Shown: positions 34,719 to 45,999, numbered from the stretch's first letter. The stretch: DNA of 64,000 nt from an uncultured cyanobacterium (GCA_963793425.1 CAWCAG010000001.1:160001-224000); one strand, 5' to 3'. The notes: generated by a model from the letters alone, not told the origin. Numbers and translations: made by a program.

Positions 34719-34999
34719 ATCGCCAAGGATATTAGTAACATCACCAGTTTGGTAATTATCAATAACTACTTTTGTTACTTTTTTATTGATTGTTTCCAAT
34801 GCCACTAGAAAATCATGAAAACTGCTAGTTTTTTTATTTTTTATTACTTGAAATAGTAACCATCATTAATCCACGGAACAATGACTTCATGCTTGAATAT
34901 GGCTAATAAGAAATTCCTTATTTGAAGTTAAGCAATTTAAGCAAATTTAAGTTAAAATCAATAACAAATTTAGCTCTTTTTACTCTACAGTTCTCAGCT

Positions 35000-35707
35000 A
35001 TGGTAACTACTACAAACACACCCATTATTTCCTGGGAAAAGCTACCGGTAGATTTTCCCATACCAGATGAACCTGTGGATAATATTGCTCAAGTTGAACT
35101 TGCATCTGCTTTAACTGATAGCCTAGAAGTTGCCCAATTGCTCCCAGAAAATGCCCTAGTAATTGGGGATTATCCTATCTGCGCTAAAGTCAATGACAAA
35201 ACGGTACTCAAAGCTCCCGACTGGCTTTATGTACCGAAAATAAAGGCAACTTTGCAAGAAATTAACCGCAGCTATACTCCTCATCTTGATGGCGAAATTC
35301 CGGCTGTGGTGATGGAATTTCTCTCAGACAAAGAAGGGGGAGAATATTCGGTAAAACCGACTTATCCTCCTGGTAAGTGGTATTTCTATGAGAAGGTGTT
35401 GCAAGTTCGGATTTATGTAATTTTTGAGCCAAAACAAGGGCTATTAGAAGTTTATCAGCTAGGTGATACAGGAAGTTATCAAAAGCAAGAATTAGATAGT
35501 AATAGTCGTTATTTTTTATCAGCTTTGAACTTGTTTCTGGGTGTCTGGCAAGGAAAGAAAAGAAATCGGACTGGTTACTGGCTGCGTTTTTGGGGCGAAG
35601 AGGGAAATTTGTTGCCTTGGAGTGTGGAGTTTCTGGAGAGAGAAAAGGCTAGGGCTGATAAGTTGCTTGAACAGTTGAGGAAAGCGGGAATTGAGCCAGA
35701 ATTTTAG
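35000..35707 (+). CDS. Uma2 family (DUF820) endonuclease
   Basis: WEKLP.DF..PDEPVDN, KAPDW, VVMEFLS and GKWYFYE motifs. ATG at 35000. Confidence 0.9.
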   Translation: MVTTTNTPIISWEKLPVDFPIPDEPVDNIAQVELASALTDSLEVAQLLPENALVIGDYPICAKVNDKTVLKAPDWLYVPKIKATLQEINRSYTPHLDGEIPAVVMEFLSDKEGGEYSVKPTYPPGKWYFYEKVLQVRIYVIFEPKQGLLEVYQLGDTGSYQKQELDSNSRYFLSALNLFLGVWQGKKRNRTGYWLRFWGEEGNLLPWSVEFLEREKARADKLLEQLRKAGIEPEF

Positions 35708-35755
35708 GAGATTTTTAGTGGATAAGAATATTTAAGCGATCGCTTCGCTGCACCC

Positions 35756-35909
35756 GTAGGGTGGGCAAGTTGAGCAATAAAATTAGCATCAAAAACCCGT
35801 TTTTTCTTGCCCACCGTAACTAATTGAAATCCCTTGATAATGGTGGAATGGTGGGCAAATCTCATAAAATAAGTTTAATTAACAACTCTACAATTTTTGC
35901 CCACCCTAC
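35756..35909. repeat. Tandem REP-like inverted-repeat units
   Basis: GTAGGGTGGGCAA...TTGCCCACC followed by GGTGGGCAAA...TTTGCCCACCCTAC. Confidence 0.75.
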
Positions 35910-35928
35910 TTTTTGCTTTCGACTGGCT

Positions 35929-36345
35929 CTAAAGGTTGTTGTATCTGAGTTCAAAATCACCAACTTGGCAGGTTATCGTTTGATATTGATTAGCCAAAAC
36001 ACCTATTATACAGAAACCTTTACCTGCAATCTCTGTTGCACTACCGTCTATATACAATTGTGAGGCAAGGTAAGCAGTAGTACTCCCCTCTGTCCTAAAA
36101 GGTTTAGACGAAGTAATAAACCCAATCGGTTCACCGTTAAATAAGTACGAGAAGATGTAAAGGTTTTCGTACTCTATGAGTTTGAATGAATCGCAAGTTG
36201 TTTTAACTTCTCCATCTTCGATAAGCTGGCAGTTTCTAGGGCTATTATTACTATGTAATGTTTGCTCCTGTGCAGAAACCTGGGGAGCAAAGCTTAGTAA
36301 AGAGACAAAAGCAATGGCCGAAAGTCTACCGAGAATACTTTTCAT
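35929..36345 (-). CDS. Secreted hypothetical protein
   Basis: Sec signal peptide (…VSA|QE) and four Cys residues. Confidence 0.7.
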   Translation of the reverse strand: MKSILGRLSAIAFVSLLSFAPQVSAQEQTLHSNNSPRNCQLIEDGEVKTTCDSFKLIEYENLYIFSYLFNGEPIGFITSSKPFRTEGSTTAYLASQLYIDGSATEIAGKGFCIIGVLANQYQTITCQVGDFELRYNNL

Positions 36346-36412
36346 GAAAGAATAATTTCTAAAGTTTGATAAAAGCCAGAAGATGTTCTTCGTAAGGCAT
36401 AAAATGTTTTTA

Positions 36413-36502
36413 AGGACTTACGCAATTAGCTTTTGCAAACCTATACGAGAAGTTTTTTTGCACCCTTACAGCAACCCTTAAGCGCTTCGTTGCGTAAGCC
36501 CC
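36413..36502. mobile_element. ~90-bp MITE-like element
   Basis: TIRs AGGACTTACGCAA / TTGCGTAAGCCCC (11/13). A solo end, TGCGTAAGTCCT, is also present at 10679-10690. Confidence 0.65.
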
Positions 36503-36525
36503 GTGTCTAACTAGAATTATTACTT

Positions 36526-36987
36526 TTAAAGAAAAACCCCAGCAAGAAAGACGTTTTTATCATCTACTAATTCTAAAATCTGGTTGAACTTAGCAAGGAG
36601 TCCAATTGCGCGGGGTTGTTGAGATTTATCTAAACTTTGATACCATTCAGAAGCCATCATTTCTGGGGTGCTAGGTAATTGACCACCTGCATATTCAAGG
36701 AGAAAGTTCTGTACCATCTCTTGCTCGCCTGCGGGGAGAGTAGTAGACCATTCTTTGTAAATAACTACAGCTAAATCACTACCCGATTCAACTTCGCTAG
36801 TATCAACATTATCTACATTAATCCCTAAGCTTTCTCCTAGCCCTTTTAACTCTCTAAATTGATCTTTTGTAGTGTTAACTATGTCAACCACGTCACCTAG
36901 AATATCAAACGGCCCTGCAAACGCAGGTGCTGTAACTGTAGTAGCTAAGATTAGGCTGACTGGAATAGCAAAGTACTTAAAAGACAT
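36526..36987 (-). CDS. Secreted hypothetical protein
   Basis: Sec signal peptide (…PAFA|GP), 153 aa. Confidence 0.7.
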   Translation of the reverse strand: MSFKYFAIPVSLILATTVTAPAFAGPFDILGDVVDIVNTTKDQFRELKGLGESLGINVDNVDTSEVESGSDLAVVIYKEWSTTLPAGEQEMVQNFLLEYAGGQLPSTPEMMASEWYQSLDKSQQPRAIGLLAKFNQILELVDDKNVFLAGVFL

Positions 36988-37201
36988 AACAATTTTCTCA
37001 CACTAATTTTTGGGGATAAGAGCAAACTGTGTAGGTATGAAACTCTAATCAGTAGCTCTTACTTTTGATTTATCCAGGAAGCCTTTTTATTTACGCAAAA
37101 TTCTCAAATTCTTTTGAAGACATTGATGAATAGAGACTAAAAGCCTTATAAATAGGTGTTTACAGTCCTCTTAACCTATGACTTATTACTTGTTACTTAA
37201 C

Positions 37202-40200
37202 TTAATCTGATTCCCCAATTAAAGTAAAAGCGGCCCAGTTTCTTGGTTCAGGGTGCTGCTTCATAGTTGCTAACATCGCTTGTCGCAATGCTTGTGCCTT
37301 ATCTGGGTTTTTCTCTAATTGGTTGTAAAACTCCACCATTAACTCTCCTGTAGGAGCATCAGGCACTGCCCAGAGGGATACCAATACACTAGGAACCCCG
37401 GCACTAATAAAGGAACGGGATAAACCAATTACCCCATCTCCGGTAATCTTACCTCTGCCTGTGTTACAAGCGCTCAAAACCACTAAATTAGCTTGCAGGT
37501 TCATATCGTAAATTTCCGTCGCTGTCAGGAGTCCATTGCCTGGGGAAGAGTCTGGGGCTAAGGCGATTCCACTTCCCATTCCTTGTACGTCGTCTAGTAA
37601 GCCATGGGTGGCGAGGTGAATTAAGTTAGCGCTTGCCATTTGCTTAACTATGGCTGATTTAGTTGCTTGGTTACCAGTGAGGGCTTGGGTATTTAATAGA
37701 GGTGCGATCGCATTTGCTTCTTTTTCTGCACCAGGAAGGGAGGCTAGTTGTATGGCGGGTTCGAGGGGGTCATCTTTTACCTTGGGCATGGTGGGGTTGC
37801 CTACTACTAAGGCATCTCCGGTTGTTGTTGCTGCTTTTGTTTTTGTTCTCTGGTTAGTTGCAAAGTCTGGATAGAAGGGGCGGTGAGGATGCTGTGTTTT
37901 TCGATGAGGTAGTTTCCCTGTTCATCTTGCAGGGCAGGAAAGGGAGTGAGGAAGAGGGCTTGTTGGGGGATGAAGATGACTTTTTCGTTGGGGTCATCGG
38001 GTAGTAAGTCGGCGATGGGGTCAATGAGGATTTGGTGGAGGCGGTTTAAACCATTTTTGTAGGGTTCAAATCCTGGTCTGGGTTCGATGGCAATTATGTC
38101 GCGGTTGAGGCTACGGAGGGGTAAGCCCTGTACTCCCAAGGCGATGCGGGTGTGGGTAACAAGTTTGGCTAAGGAGGTGTTTTCTTTTGAGGTTACTGCG
38201 ACGGAAAGTTATTTCTCCGGTGGGCTTGACTATCCAGATAAAAAGTTCTGCTTCTTTGCCTTTGTCGTAAATTAGGGAGTATTCAACTAAGGTTGCATTT
38301 TGTTGTTGAGCAATTTGTTTGATTTGTTCTATGTTTGGTGGTGTTATGATTGTTGGGAAGGAGTTATCTTGGTTAGCTAGGCGTTTGGCTAATAGTTCGA
38401 CAAATGCTCTTGCACGACCTCTTTCTGAAATTTCAAGGGCTTCATCGGTTTTATTTTGGGCAATGAGAACTCGTTGTAGACTTCGGTAGGTATAGTTTGT
38501 TCTTCAAAAATAGATATTTTAAAGTCATGTTGTCACCAAAAAACTCCAGAGACTCTCCAAAATATTTGAGGGCTTGTTGTAAAGATTTTTCTGCCTCTTC
38601 AAGTTGACCAAGTTCAAATAAAGATGTTCCTATATTGTTGAGCGAGTGTTCATCTCTTTCTTCTGTGTTTTCAGCCTTTTCTAAACTTTGCCGAGAAAAA
38701 GTTATAGCTTGGTGTAATCTCCAAGAGATAGGTAAGCACTACCTAAATTGCACCAAATAGAAAGTTCTCCAGAGAGACGGTTATTTCTTATTGCGATGGC
38801 TAACGCTTGTTTATAATATAGCCTTTCTCGGACTGATGAGGTACATTTCCACTAGCCACTAGCCAAAGCGCAAAAACCAGGCTGTACCTCACTAGCCTAA
38901 GAATCGCTATAATCAATTGCCTGAGCGTAATTTTTTTGTCTTCTGTAAGCAGTACCCAAATTATCTAAAGCTATCCTTTCTGTATTATAATCCTCAATCT
39001 CTTGGGCAATTTCCAAAGCTCCACTTAACATTTTTATAGCTGGCTCATAGTATCCTAACTCTCTGTAGTTATAACCAAGATTAAGCAAAGCTTTCATTCC
39101 CATTTCAGAATCATTTATTTCTTCAGCAATAGTTAAAGCCTTCTCAAGATATGCGATCGCTTGCTGATTCTTTCCTATGAATCCGTATGGAACTGCTAAG
39201 TTTAGTAAAAAAGAATCCTTCTTGTTTTCTATTATCTATCTCTTGAGCAATTGATAAAGCTTGTTGATAAACTTGAATTGCTTTAGCGTAATATCTAATT
39301 TCGTTATAGGCATTTCCCAAGTTCATTAAGGTTAAAGCTTGACCTTGGCGATCACCCATTTCTTGAAGTATAGTAATCGTTTCTTCCCAAGATTGTATTG
39401 CTGCTTGAAACTGACCACTACTATACTGCTCAAATCCTTGTTGAAAAAGTTGTTCAGCTTTTGCTTGTTGTGGAGAATTTGATGAGGCTTCTTGAGCCGT
39501 TAATAAGCCTTGTTGTGCCGACTTTTCCATTTCAGAATCATTAATTTGTTGAGCAATAATTAAACTTTCTTGGAAAAACTCAATCGCTTTATTATAATGA
39601 CCTTTAATTCTGTAAATAAGTCCCAAGTACTAGGTAATAGCCTTCCTTGAGATCAATAGCCTATCTCCCTATCAATTGTTAAAATTGCTGATAAAACTAA
39701 TGGCTTTTTCGTACTACTTAACGAAGAGTAAGTATTCCCAAAAGCTCATTAGGGAATCGACCTTCCTTGGCGATTATCGATTTCTCTATCAATAGTTAAA
39801 TTTTGTTGAAAAAACTAATGGCTTTTTCGTATTGCACTCATAAGAGTAAGCAAGTCCTAAATTACTTAGGGAATCTACTTCTCGGTCAATACCATTTCCC
39901 TTTTAGTAGTTAAAGATTGTTGATAAAACTTAAGGCTTTTTCGTATTGCCTTAATGAATAGTAAACCTTCCCAAATTATTTAGAGAATTAACCTCTCCTT
40001 GGAGATTACCAATTTCTCGATAAATCTTTAAAGATTGCTGAAAAGATAATATAGCTTCTTGAAACTGATTAGCCTTAGCTTGCTGAATTCCTCGCTGAAG
40101 AAGTCGCTTTGCTTCTACCTGCTTTTCTTCTATAGTTTGCCCTTGCACCGGAGACAAAAAGAAACGAACAGACAAACCCCCAAAACTAAAATTAGTCAGA

Positions 40201-40259
40201 CTTAAAAATAAACTTAGTAGTATGGTAGAGCTAAATTTAGATAGATTCATAACAGTCAT
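37202..40259 (-). pseudogene. TPR + CHAT domain protease gene, heavily frameshifted and MITE-disrupted
   Basis: Collinear fragments: signal peptide/TPR (39951-40259, 39144-39626, 38897-39103), then CHAT (37807-38139, 37202-37789 with HLATHG and LSACNTG). Confidence 0.88.
38819..38909. mobile_element. 91-bp MITE with TA target-site duplication
   Basis: TA|TAGCCTTTCT...AGAATCGCTA|TA with an inner IR TGAGGTACA/TGTACCTCA. Removing it restores the TPR frame AIDYYKQALAIA. Confidence 0.85.
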
Positions 40260-40348
40260 TTTATTAAAAATTAAGTTAAGAACATACTAAATCTTTAGTC
40301 TGCTTCACAAACAATTAAATGCTCAAATCAATTAATAGCCCTTACACT

Positions 40349-41189
40349 TCAACGCAACTCCCTCACTTCTGCAACAGTCAACCCCGTAGTTTCAGCAATT
40401 TGACTATCATCAAAAACATCTAATAATTGACGAGCTATTTCTATAGCTTTTTGGTTCCATACCTTCTTCTATTCCCTCCCGTTTAGCTAAACGAATCGCT
40501 CCTTGTTGGTCATAAATAAACAACTCTCGCTTCTCCAACTCTTCTAATTCATCTCGACTTAAATTAGTTCGGTTAGCAATTTGAAACGCCTTATTTATTG
40601 CTGGGACTGATCCTAAGTTATCTGGCACAGAGTTTAAAGCGTTAGCACTTTTAATAAAGTAAATCCATTTATCAGTAATTGTTGCTAAGTCCTCTTGCTT
40701 TTGAGAAAACTTCGGTAACTCCACAAAAATAAGCTCAATATGATTGCTAGGATAATCAATATTAGTCTTAACCTCTTGAAAACGGAAACGAGAAATAATT
40801 TCCTCAAACTCAGAAAACATCTTAAAATCTGTAATCGTTAAAGCAATCACTGGTTTTAAATCTCGATAACCTTGACCAGATTTAAGCTGAAGGCTGTAGG
40901 TTTTGGCAGCATTGTAAAGTACCCTTTTTGTAAAAGATTCTACATTTAAAACTTGCATCTCAATAATAATCAGGGAACCATCATTAAGTTTTGCTTGGAC
41001 ATCAAGGTAAGTATCTTTTAAACCTTCAACTTTACCAGCTAAGTGAGGATTAATAATTTCTAAATCCTCAATGGTAGGTTCACCGCCGTAAACCAAAGCA
41101 TTAAGAAAGCTAATGAGAATATCTTTACTCTGTTCCGAACCAAAGATTTTCTTAAAAGCATAGTCAGTTTTAGGATTGATGAAATTCAT
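40349..41189 (-). CDS. Rpn family PD-(D/E)XK nuclease/putative transposase with a +1 frameshift near the C-terminus
   Basis: FINPKTDYAFKKIFG, LDV.A, IIIEMQ and FVELPKF motifs. Deleting one C at ~40454 restores MEQKAIEIARQLL..IAETTGLTVAEVRELR*. Confidence 0.88.
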
Positions 41190-41201
41190 CTTTTCTACCC
41201 A

Positions 41202-41327
41202 TTACCTTATTTGAGATATTCTCTCCACTTCCTCTAAAGATAAGCTTAAAGCCCCAGCTATCTGTTTCTTAGTTAAACCTAACTCTAATAAACGAGGTAC
41301 TGCTTCCCTTCTAGCCTGTGCTTCTTC
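41202..41327 (-). pseudogene. Orphan Rpn-type C-terminal module
   Basis: EEAQARREAVPRLLELGLTKKQIAGALSLSLEEVERISQIR*, with no start codon. Confidence 0.6.
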
Positions 41328-41420
41328 TTAAAGCTATCCTACAATTTTGTTTTGACAGAACAGTAGAGTAGCTAATATTAACTTGAAGGCACTCTTGCAA
41401 TAGACGCTTTGGGTTGTTAG

Positions 41421-42039
41421 TTAAAAAAGTTCATCAACTGCGATAAGCCTCCGGCATGGCTACGCTTACGCAAATCCTGGTAAAACTTTTTGGGTTTTTG
41501 CTTCTGTGTCTTGACGATAAAACACCTGTTGTTCATTAGTAATAGATATGACCCATTGACTAGCAGGAAAAATCAACCAAACTTCTTCGCATCCTGAATC
41601 GAGATATTCTTTAACTTTAGTGAATACGTCTTCTGCATAGTCACTAGGTGAGACGATTTCAGCAATTAAAATAAAACTTTGGGGAAGGGTGGTAAACTCG
41701 CCAAATTGAGTGACAAGTTCTGGGGTCAGATAAGCTACATCAGGACGGCGGCCTTGGGCTTGGGTTTGACAGGGGGCTTCTGTATAGACTTCTCCACCCT
41801 GACCACTTGACTCTTGATATATTTCCCCAATAGCGGGCTAATCTGGCTTGAGCGCGGCTGTGTTTAGACCCCATGTAATTTTTGGTGATAATTTGACCAT
41901 CGACCCATTCTGTCCCATCAATAGGTTCCAAGAGCCATTCCTGTAAAGAGAAAGATTCTCTGGTTAACTCTTCTGGCGATTGTTCCACCAGTTTGGGGTC
42001 AATTTTTTGGTGGGAGGAAGAAACTGAAGTCGCAACCAT
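41421..42039 (-). pseudogene. Uma2 family endonuclease with a frameshift and a HIP1-site insertion
   Basis: EWVDGQI, H...Q, then a +1 shift at ~41820, GRRPDVAY, AEIVSP, EVWLIFP and VLPGF motifs. A 24-bp insert adds a stop before IAVDELF*. Confidence 0.85.
41445..41468. repeat. 24-bp insert splitting a HIP1 site (SDR5-like)
   Basis: The minus strand reads GCG|TAAGCGTAGCCATGCCGGAGGCTT|ATCGC. Confidence 0.85.
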
Positions 42040-42343
42040 TGCTTTGAACTCGATTAAGAATTAATCTTTGCTGTTCATTTTATCATTAATATGGTCTGGT
42101 GGTTTTTCTTGACTTTGGTGGTGTGGGCGACCCAATGAATTTCTTTGCTTTCCCTCAGTTTAAGGGGATCGGGTCACCCCTACAGTCTGGGTAATGGTTG
42201 AGATGCACCGGATGCGATCGCAATTATGAACGCACAACAAAGAAAAAAACATCCATAGGGGCAACCTGATTGAGCAATTTCTGCTAAAAACTATTAAATC
42301 TAATTGGGTTGCCCCGGCAAGGTTTCAACGAACAACTGCCTGA

Positions 42344-44551
42344 TTATTCAGCCACATAGGTAATTGACAAAGTAGCCATTTCTTTAGGTCTTGCCTCGGA
42401 TCTACTTTGTACAGGGTTTCTACCTCTATCAAAATCCTGCAACAAACTACTGATAACATCCACAGCCTCATCTCCTCTGGTATCCAAAACTCCCTTTGAT
42501 GTTCCCCTCCCTCTGGCAATAGAGCGTAACCTCAACAAAGCATTTCTCATCGGAACTTCACTAAAAATGACTAATACTTCTGAAACTGTCGGCTCTTCAG
42601 CCACAAAAACAAAACTATCCTTGTCTGGATCAGGAATTAGCAGAGTTTCCTTTGCGCCTATTTTATTAGCAGTTTTGGCATACTCCTCATCATCGAACTC
42701 CTGAAGGGAAGAAAATTCGTTAGGATAAAGTACAAACAACTCGCCATTGGGGTTAATTAAAATTACACCAAGATAGAGTTCATTATCTTCATTGTTAACA
42801 ATCTGCAACTGAAAGAATTCATTGAGGGGAATAGAGTTTTTCTCCTGGCTATCACGTTGCCCAGAAGAAACCGAACAATATTCACCAGCTTCTTTGCAAT
42901 CCCCCCTGGCGGTAAACGCCTTTCCTAATATCTCCTTACCCCCTTCAATTTGCAACGTCACCCCTACATCTAAGCGAGAAGAGCGCCCGTTGATGGTTGT
43001 GGAAATTAACCTAGCAGCCAGAAGAGATTTAAACTTGCTGTTGAGACGTGCGATCGCTTCAGTTATCCCTTCTCCTGGTTCACCAAAAGAATCGGGAACA
43101 ACTTCCAAAGTAGGAGAAAATAAGCCAATGCTACCTTCCGGGGGCATCTTCTCAGCTTCAACTTGACTTTGGTAAGCTGCTGTCATGGAACTGAGAATAT
43201 ACTGCACATCCTCCGGGTAGGGTTCTACTCCTGTTTGATGGGGTATTGCTTTAATACGGTTGAGGTTAGCAATTGCTTCTTTTGCTACATCTCCATCTGC
43301 CCCTAAAGAAGGATCAAGCCCGATATTTAATGCCAAATCAGCAGGAATCACCCTAGAATACTCCTGCAACAATTCCCCTGGTTGTACAGTCCCTTCTATA
43401 ACTTCATAATCTGCCTGCAAACCATTACGAGAAATAACTTTTGCCTTAGCATTAGAAGAGCTAACAAAAACTGCCCCTTCTCCACTTGCTTCTATAGCTT
43501 TGTCGTCAACTCCACCTAACCAAAGTTGGGGCTTGTTACCGGAAGTGTTGATCACTACTGCTTCGGCTGGGGCTACCTGTGGTTGTAGCAAGTAGACGGG
43601 CTGGTTTTGCAGGGAGGCTGATGCAGCTTCACTTTTTGCCTTCTGACCAAGTGAAAGTAGAATTAAACGGCGATTAACTAAATCAATAGTCTCATCCACA
43701 TCTCTGGTTTGTTGCCACAGGGATTGAGTTAGTAGATAAGTAAAAGCTCCAGCTTCAAAGCCAGAAAATTTATAATCAGCAGCAAGCTGGTTTCTTCTTG
43801 CTGAGGCGATCGCAACTCCTGTAGCTACACCTTTGCGCCGCAGTTCAGAAAGTTTTGAAGCAGTGAGGTTAACTTCTGTTAACAAGCGTTCTTGATCTTC
43901 TCGCTCTTTTTCCCCAATTTGCTTACCTTCTCCATCTACAGCGCGGATTGTAATATTACCCCTTGTACCCCCTCCAGAATGGCAACTATCTAAAACCGCA
44001 GTGACATTCTTCGTTTTCTGCTTCAAGGCATACATAAGCAGAAAGAGAGTTTGTCCAGTAATATCATTAACTATTCCTGCTTCTGCATCAGATGAGTCAT
44101 CAGAAGGGACAAAAGTACTGTTACGGGGATAGTTTGCATCAAGGGGATTGGGGTCAATCACCTGGGAACCATGGCCAGAAAAATGGAAAACCACTACATC
44201 TCCTGGTTTAGCTTGGGCGATTAAATGCTCCTTAAAAGCAGTTAAAATGCCCTGGCGACTAGCCTGCTGATCTGTGATGGTGAGAATATCGCTATCTTGA
44301 AAACCGAAGCGGTGCATTAAAAGATATTTTTGCAGTTCTGTATCTTGGACACAACCAAAAAGGTTACCAAAACGTTCTGTGTTGGGATAATTGTTAATCC
44401 CCACTAATAAAGCTAATTTACGGGGGGTGTCCTGAGCTAGAACTTTGCCATAACGAACACTTTGACGCTGCAACTCAACCTGGCTTAACCCCACCGCAGC
44501 TAAGGCCGAACCAGCGAATTGTAAGAAGTGACGGCGCTTGATTCTGGTCAT
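42344..44551 (-). CDS. Caspase-like (peptidase C14) protein with Tat signal and DUF4384-like C-terminus
   Basis: KRRHFL twin-arginine motif, KLALLVGIN, HFSGHG and LDSCHSGG catalytic dyad, GAFT. Confidence 0.9.
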   Translation of the reverse strand: MTRIKRRHFLQFAGSALAAVGLSQVELQRQSVRYGKVLAQDTPRKLALLVGINNYPNTERFGNLFGCVQDTELQKYLLMHRFGFQDSDILTITDQQASRQGILTAFKEHLIAQAKPGDVVVFHFSGHGSQVIDPNPLDANYPRNSTFVPSDDSSDAEAGIVNDITGQTLFLLMYALKQKTKNVTAVLDSCHSGGGTRGNITIRAVDGEGKQIGEKEREDQERLLTEVNLTASKLSELRRKGVATGVAIASARRNQLAADYKFSGFEAGAFTYLLTQSLWQQTRDVDETIDLVNRRLILLSLGQKAKSEAASASLQNQPVYLLQPQVAPAEAVVINTSGNKPQLWLGGVDDKAIEASGEGAVFVSSSNAKAKVISRNGLQADYEVIEGTVQPGELLQEYSRVIPADLALNIGLDPSLGADGDVAKEAIANLNRIKAIPHQTGVEPYPEDVQYILSSMTAAYQSQVEAEKMPPEGSIGLFSPTLEVVPDSFGEPGEGITEAIARLNSKFKSLLAARLISTTINGRSSRLDVGVTLQIEGGKEILGKAFTARGDCKEAGEYCSVSSGQRDSQEKNSIPLNEFFQLQIVNNEDNELYLGVILINPNGELFVLYPNEFSSLQEFDDEEYAKTANKIGAKETLLIPDPDKDSFVFVAEEPTVSEVLVIFSEVPMRNALLRLRSIARGRGTSKGVLDTRGDEAVDVISSLLQDFDRGRNPVQSRSEARPKEMATLSITYVAE

Positions 44552-44700
44552 GTTATTTTTCCTCTCTAACTACTGATCTGTCAATTTTCAATTAGTGAAT
44601 AAAGATCCTCTTATCTTGCCCTCCTGGATTGGCGATCGCCTTTAGTACGACAGATAAAGACAGCTAATACTTGAGACAAGATAGTCTAATCTTAATCCTG

Positions 44701-44729
44701 TTTACATTGCTTAATTATTCTGTTAATGT
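44701..44729 (+). promoter_or_regulatory. Putative psbA promoter
   Basis: TTTACA-N17-TAATGT about 70 bp upstream of the ATG. TTTACA is the usual cyanobacterial psbA -35 element. Confidence 0.5.
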
Positions 44730-44796
44730 ATATACATACCAGCAAGTCAAACCGACTTAGCTTTTATAAATATCATTCACGCAATTATACTGAACC

Positions 44797-45879
44797 ATGA
44801 CAACTACATTACAACGTAGCCAAAGCGCAAGCCTTTGGGAACGGTTTTGCAGTTGGATCACCAGCACCGAAAACCGCCTCTATGTAGGTTGGTTTGGAGT
44901 CTTAATGATCCCAACTCTGTTAGCCGCCACCACTTGCTTTTTAATCGCCTTCGTCGCAGCACCTCCTGTAGACATAGACGGAATCCGCGAACCAGTAGCA
45001 GGTTCATTACTTTATGGAAACAACATCATCTCTGGTGCAGTTGTTCCATCATCTAATGCCATCGGCTTACACTTCTACCCAATTTGGGAAGCAGCTTCTC
45101 TTGATGAGTGGTTGTATAACGGTGGTCCTTACCAGCTAGTGATTTTCCACTTCCTCATTGGCATATTTGCTTACATGGGAAGAGAGTGGGAACTATCCTA
45201 CCGCTTAGGAATGCGTCCTTGGATCTGTGTAGCTTACTCTGCTCCAGTAGCAGCAGCTAGTGCAGTATTCCTAATCTACCCATTAGGACAAGGAAGCTTC
45301 TCAGATGGAATGCCTTTAGGTATCTCCGGAACCTTCAACTTCATGTTTGTCTTCCAAGCAGAACACAACATCTTAATGCACCCCTTCCATATGTTGGGAG
45401 TAGCGGGTGTATTTGGTGGAGCATTATTCAGTGCCATGCACGGAAGCTTGGTCACCTCTAGCTTAGTTAGAGAAACCACCGAAACCGAATCACAGAACTA
45501 CGGTTACAAATTCGGACAAGAAGAAGAAACCTACAACATTGTTGCAGCACACGGTTATTTTGGTCGTCTCATCTTCCAATATGCCTCCTTCAACAACAGT
45601 CGTAGCCTTCACTTCCTCTTAGGAGCATGGCCAGTAGTAGGAATCTGGTTTACCGCGTTGGGTATTTCAACAATGGCGTTTAACCTCAACGGATTCAACT
45701 TCAACCAGTCGATACTAGATTCACAAGGTCATGTAGTCAACACCTGGGCTGATGTATTAAACCGCGCTAACTTAGGCTTTGAAGTAATGCACGAGCGCAA
45801 TGCTCACAACTTCCCCTTAGATTTAGCAGCAGGCGAGTCTACACCAGTAGCTCTCACTGCCCCAGCTATCAACGGTTAA
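44797..45879 (+). CDS. psbA: Photosystem II D1 protein (Glu130, D1:2-type)
   Basis: 360-aa D1 sequence with YMGREWEL (E130). Mn-cluster ligand motifs are intact ([22 protein letters not shown]) and the C-terminal extension is 16 aa. Confidence 0.99.
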   Translation: MTTTLQRSQSASLWERFCSWITSTENRLYVGWFGVLMIPTLLAATTCFLIAFVAAPPVDIDGIREPVAGSLLYGNNIISGAVVPSSNAIGLHFYPIWEAASLDEWLYNGGPYQLVIFHFLIGIFAYMGREWELSYRLGMRPWICVAYSAPVAAASAVFLIYPLGQGSFSDGMPLGISGTFNFMFVFQAEHNILMHPFHMLGVAGVFGGALFSAMHGSLVTSSLVRETTETESQNYGYKFGQEEETYNIVAAHGYFGRLIFQYASFNNSRSLHFLLGAWPVVGIWFTALGISTMAFNLNGFNFNQSILDSQGHVVNTWADVLNRANLGFEVMHERNAHNFPLDLAAGESTPVALTAPAING

Positions 45880-45915
45880 GTTGCACTACTTACAATTAAA
45901 TAATACCTAAATAAC

Positions 45916-45945
45916 AAAAAGCGTCCCTTTCGAGGGGCGCTTTTT
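45916..45945 (+). terminator. Intrinsic terminator of psbA (likely bidirectional)
   Basis: AAAAAGCGTCCCT-TTCG-AGGGGCGCTTTTT. Confidence 0.9.
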
Positions 45946-45999
45946 GATGCTTTCTAGGAAGGCTTCTTGAATTAGCATAGCCTGATTGCCCCTGCAAGC

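Noticed and set aside
44797..45879. Rogue, far-red or chlorophyll f synthase D1
   Set aside because: The Mn-ligand motifs and the C-terminal processing site are canonical.
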